DNA from: an uncultured Verrucomicrobiae bacterium
GTDB lineage: Bacteria > Verrucomicrobiota > Verrucomicrobiia > Chthoniobacterales > Terrimicrobiaceae
Direction of reading: 5' to 3'
DNA length: 64,000 nt
Assembly (NCBI GenBank): GCA_963763735.1
Contig: CAVXQK010000012.1
Coordinates: 14,803-78,802 of the forward strand
Shown piece by piece: positions 60,829-64,000 of the stretch. Position 1 is the first letter of the stretch. Each line of letters starts with the position of its first letter. A model generated the notes under the pieces. It was not told the origin of the DNA and searched no databases. It saw nothing but the letters and a program-made list of their open reading frames with translations. The translations under genes were made by a program, and so were the position numbers.

Positions 60829-61857
60829 TCAAAGATCCCCTGCAATCTCACAGCCGCAGAAATTGCAGAGATTGCCGGCAAGGTTCCATTCGCCCAGTTC
60901 GTACCCGTCGCGCTCGACAAGGAGATTGCCGCAGCCCGGGCACCATGTGCTGCCACCGGTCGAGTCATGCACATTGCCGGTGTATACATAGTTAAGCCCC
61001 TTGGACCTCGCGATTTCTCTTGCGCGCGCAAGCGTCTTCGCGGGCGTGCGCGGTTTGTCGAGCATCTTGAAGTCGGGATGAAAAGCCGTGAAATGCCAGG
61101 GCACATTCGGCCCAAGGTTTTCGGCAAACCACTCGGCGGCCCGATGAATTTCCGCGTCGCTGTCGTTTTCACCGGGAATGAGAAGCGTCGTGACTTCAAA
61201 CCAGACGGCCGTCTGGCGCAGGAATTTCAGCGTCTCGAGCACCGGCGCGAGGCTCGCGAAGCAAAGCCGGTGGTAGAACTCTTCGGAAAACGCTTTGAGA
61301 TCAACGTTCGCGGCATCCATGTGCCGGTAGAATTCAGGTCGCGCGTCGGGGGTGATGTAGCCCGCCGTGACCGCGACAGCCCGGACGCCGAGTTCGTGAC
61401 ACGCCTGCGCGACGTCGATCGCATACTCGGCGAAAATGACCGGATCGTTGTAGGTGAATGCGACCGACCGGCAGCCAAGCCGTCGTGCCGCGCGCGCAAT
61501 CTGTTCCGGTGAGGCCGCATCGGCGAGCTTGTCCCATTCGCGAGCCTTGCTGATGTCCCAATTCTGGCAAAAGCGACAGCCCAGATTGCAGCCGGCCGTG
61601 CCGAATGACAAGACGCTGCTTCCTGGCAGGAAATGGTTGAGAGGCTTCTTTTCGATCGGATCAACGCAAAACCCGCTGCTTCGTCCGTAGGTCGCGAGTT
61701 CCATCGCATCGCCCACGCGCCTCCGGACAAAGCAGAATCCACGCTGGCCCTCGTTGAGCTTGCAAAAGCGCGGGCACAGCCGGCACTCGACGCGTCCATC
61801 GGCCAGCATCGTCCACCAGCGTCCCGGGTGATCGGACTGTGTTATTGGCGCAGCCAT
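60829..61857 (-). CDS. AmmeMemoRadiSam-system-type radical SAM enzyme
   Basis: 'CRLCPRFCKLNEGQRGFCFVRRR', 'GCNLGCRFCQNWDIS', C-terminal 'WCPGCGNLLVER...CNFCG'. Confidence 0.85.
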   Translation of the reverse strand: MAAPITQSDHPGRWWTMLADGRVECRLCPRFCKLNEGQRGFCFVRRRVGDAMELATYGRSSGFCVDPIEKKPLNHFLPGSSVLSFGTAGCNLGCRFCQNWDISKAREWDKLADAASPEQIARAARRLGCRSVAFTYNDPVIFAEYAIDVAQACHELGVRAVAVTAGYITPDARPEFYRHMDAANVDLKAFSEEFYHRLCFASLAPVLETLKFLRQTAVWFEVTTLLIPGENDSDAEIHRAAEWFAENLGPNVPWHFTAFHPDFKMLDKPRTPAKTLARAREIARSKGLNYVYTGNVHDSTGGSTWCPGCGNLLVERDGYELGEWNLAGNLCNFCGCEIAGDL

Positions 61858-62687
61858 GGCTTCTCCAAATGAGGCGGGGCCTCGAAATGTAATATAGCCA
61901 CTCCGTAGCCGACGCCAAACGGCGCCTCGTAGCTCAAGAATTCATTGCCATCCGCGCTGAACCCGGTTGCGCCGAGCGCGACGAGGAGGGTATCGAGCGC
62001 ATCCTCCTCGGCGGCTTCCTCCAGATCCGGACTGAAATCCAGGACTTCGCGGTAACTGCCGCGGCGCAAGGCGCCGATCAACCAGTGATCAAATTCGGCT
62101 CCCCGCGGGTCGAATTCGCGCCGGACGCCCAACCGATGGCTCATGTCGCCGCTCGCGATGAGTGCCACGCACCTGCCGGCGCAGGCCCCGGCGTCGGCTA
62201 TGGCCTCGCCAAACTCCACAACTTTGAAATGGTCCGCAAGGCTCAATCCCGCCGCCACGACCGGTCCGCGCCAGCCCGTCTCAGCGAAAAACCAGAGCGG
62301 AACCACTGACCCGTGGTCGAGGGCGAGATCGGCAATCGGTCTTGTCCGGATGTCCGCGCTTCGCGGCGTGATGCGCGATTTGAGCCGCGAAGCGTTACGT
62401 CGTTTTGGAAATCCACACCCTCCGCCGGCGCGCCAAAGGCCTCGAGCGTTCCGCGCAGTCGTTCGCCGGTCCAAATTCCGAACGCTTCCGGCTCGCGCGG
62501 CGCATGCGGAGAAATCACGACCACCGCGTCGGCGTTCGTCGCCGCACCGCTCCCCGCCGCTTCGCGCATCGCCGCGACGGTTGACTCGATCCTTCCCGCG
62601 CGGTCGACGGCCGACGGACGGGATCAGGACTGGCGCATGCGGCATCAGCGCGGCGTAGACGACGGAGCAAGATGAAGGGTTGCCCAC
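61842..62687 (-). pseudogene. class III extradiol dioxygenase (LigB/MEMO-like) family gene, partner of the radical SAM enzyme, with multiple frame changes
   Basis: 'VVYAALMPHAPVLIPSVG' (frame A). 'VDRAGRIESTVAAMREAAGSGAATNADAVVVISPHAPREPEAFGIW...' (frame B). 'AAQIAHHAAKRGHP' (frame C). '...ADLALDHGSVVPLWFF...ASGDMSHRL...APFGVGYGVA' (frame A). Confidence 0.6.
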
Positions 62688-62744
62688 GAAAGAGAGCCTA
62701 CACCTGAAAGCCGGTTCTGTCCCTGTGCTGCGCCGGGTTTCTCT

Positions 62745-63278
62745 TCAGGAGCCTGCGCTGCCCGCTCGTTCCTCCGGCGGAGGGAGGGCCAAACTCTCCC
62801 CGAGAGCGGCAGAGGGGGACGCGGAGCTTGGGAGCACCTTTCGAATGAGCTTGGATAGTCCGCTCTCCGCGGCGTCCTGATCCGCGGTGGCTTGGCGGGC
62901 AGCTTGCTCCCACGCCTGGGCGAAGCCCGGAGCCTGTTCGCGCATTCGTGCCACGGCCGTTTCCAGGATCTGCAACTGACGCGCTTCGGCGCGCCCGGGC
63001 CTTTGCTGAAGGGCAGCGATGTTCACCCGCAGGTTCTCGTTTTGCTCCTTCAAGGACGCCAGGTCCTTCTCGAGTCGATCATTGCCTGTCGCGGTGATCT
63101 TGAGGTGGGTATTGAGGTGTTTTTGGAGCTGGTCGAGTTCGTCCTTCAGTCGCTTAATTTCCCGGTTTTGATGGGCCTTGGAGGTAAGGCCATTCTTCAG
63201 AACGAAGCCGGCGATCAGCAATCCGAGAGCCAGCCCCCAGGTGAATGGGTGCGAGAGGATCGGCCATAACGTGTCCAT
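62745..63278 (-). CDS. membrane-anchored coiled-coil hypothetical protein
   Basis: N-terminal TM 'FTWGLALGLLIAGFVL', then a heptad-rich region 'EIKRLKDELDQLQKHLNTHL...'. Confidence 0.5.
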   Translation of the reverse strand: MDTLWPILSHPFTWGLALGLLIAGFVLKNGLTSKAHQNREIKRLKDELDQLQKHLNTHLKITATGNDRLEKDLASLKEQNENLRVNIAALQQRPGRAEARQLQILETAVARMREQAPGFAQAWEQAARQATADQDAAESGLSKLIRKVLPSSASPSAALGESLALPPPEERAGSAGS

Positions 63279-63386
63279 GAGTTCACGTTAAAGCGGCCAG
63301 CCTGCATGGCAAACGAAAACCCGGGACGCGGCTACGACCAGAAGCGCCTGTTGCTCCAACGGCACGACAGCTTCGAGCGGTCGAAT

Positions 63387-64000
63387 CTAACGCGGGTCCG
63401 CCACGCGCCCGAGGAAGAGGCAGGCTCCGCTTGGACGATGTTGAATGGCGAAGAGGAACGGCCGATCGACGCGAACTTCGATCGGCTTGGGCTTTTGTTC
63501 GAAATGGCCGGTTGCCATCATCATCACGACCGCGGTGGCGGCAGCGGCTTCGGTGCCCTTTTCGTCGACATCCACGAACGTCTTGTGAAAGACATCGGAG
63601 ATGTAGAGGTAGTCGTCCGGCCGTTTCGGGGCGATGCCATTGAAATTGGCGCTTCCCTTGGGGACGTTGAAGGCGCTTTCCATCCCCAGAGCCTCCAGCA
63701 TCTTGCGTAGGGCGAAGAGAGGCGGCTCGAGCTTGAACCTCGGCAAATACAGTAAGATGTCCTGACTCTTGAGGCCGGCGCACTCCATCAGCAGGGCCGC
63801 AGTCAGTTTGCTTTCCAGCTTGGGCAGGCCGACCGCCGTGTCCGGGAGCAGGATCAGAAGTTGGAGATCGCCGCCGCTGTAGGGGAGTGCGACTGCATCG
63901 AATCCCTCGTGTTTGGCGTAGCCAAAGGAATCCTGGCGCGTCATCGTTGGCACATCGACGGTTTCTCCGCCTGCCAGGTGGAATGGGCCCGGCTTTGTGG
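63387..64000 (-). CDS. serpin-family protease inhibitor, C-terminal part (5' end beyond the window)
   Basis: 'HKTFVDVDEKGTEAAAATAVVMM' hinge/RCL, 'RVDRPFLFAIQH'. The frame is open to the window edge. Confidence 0.85.
   Translation of the reverse strand, partial: TKPGPFHLAGGETVDVPTMTRQDSFGYAKHEGFDAVALPYSGGDLQLLILLPDTAVGLPKLESKLTAALLMECAGLKSQDILLYLPRFKLEPPLFALRKMLEALGMESAFNVPKGSANFNGIAPKRPDDYLYISDVFHKTFVDVDEKGTEAAAATAVVMMMATGHFEQKPKPIEVRVDRPFLFAIQHRPSGACLFLGRVADPR

Noticed and set aside
1-64000. Looked for CRISPR arrays, rRNA genes, IS elements/transposases, integrases and prophage morphogenesis genes (capsid, portal, terminase).
   Set aside because: No regularly spaced direct repeats of 25-40 bp were seen. 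No DDE/serine/tyrosine recombinase-like ORFs were seen. No rRNA-like conserved stretches were seen.

Overview
High-GC bacterial chromosomal segment with two parts. (A) About 1-31.9 kb is an accessory island. It holds the distal half of a phage-tail-like extracellular contractile injection system (eCIS) operon on the + strand: AAA+ ATPase, tube-initiator-like protein, LysM-like protein, gpD hub, gp5 spike, a His-rich protein in the PAAR slot, gp25, two baseplate-J-like proteins, a gpI-like protein, a 1205-aa DUF6519/beta-helix protein and a PASTA-repeat protein. Sheath and tube genes are not in the window. The operon is followed by five tandem DUF4157 ('eCIS core domain') HExxH proteins with a shared N-terminal module and unrelated C-termini (candidate payloads, one of about 1800 aa). 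Then come a lower-GC hipBA toxin-antitoxin pair with a palindromic operator, and a tRNA-Ser(GGA) that marks the island/core boundary. (B) About 32-64 kb is core housekeeping: hom-thrC-lysC, rbfA-nrnA-truB-ribF, aroE, gltX, ispD, tsaE/tsaB, mgtE, a GH3 beta-glucosidase, an adenylate cyclase, a TPR protein, an AmmeMemoRadiSam-type radical SAM enzyme and a partial serpin. Several accessory genes show frame disruptions or are reduced to relics: one baseplate-J gene, two DUF4157 genes, a LigB/MEMO-like gene, a cupin, ABC-transporter fragments and a two-component-system fragment. The essential genes are intact. No CRISPR array, rRNA, transposase or integrase was seen. All homology calls rest on motifs read by eye, not on database searches.
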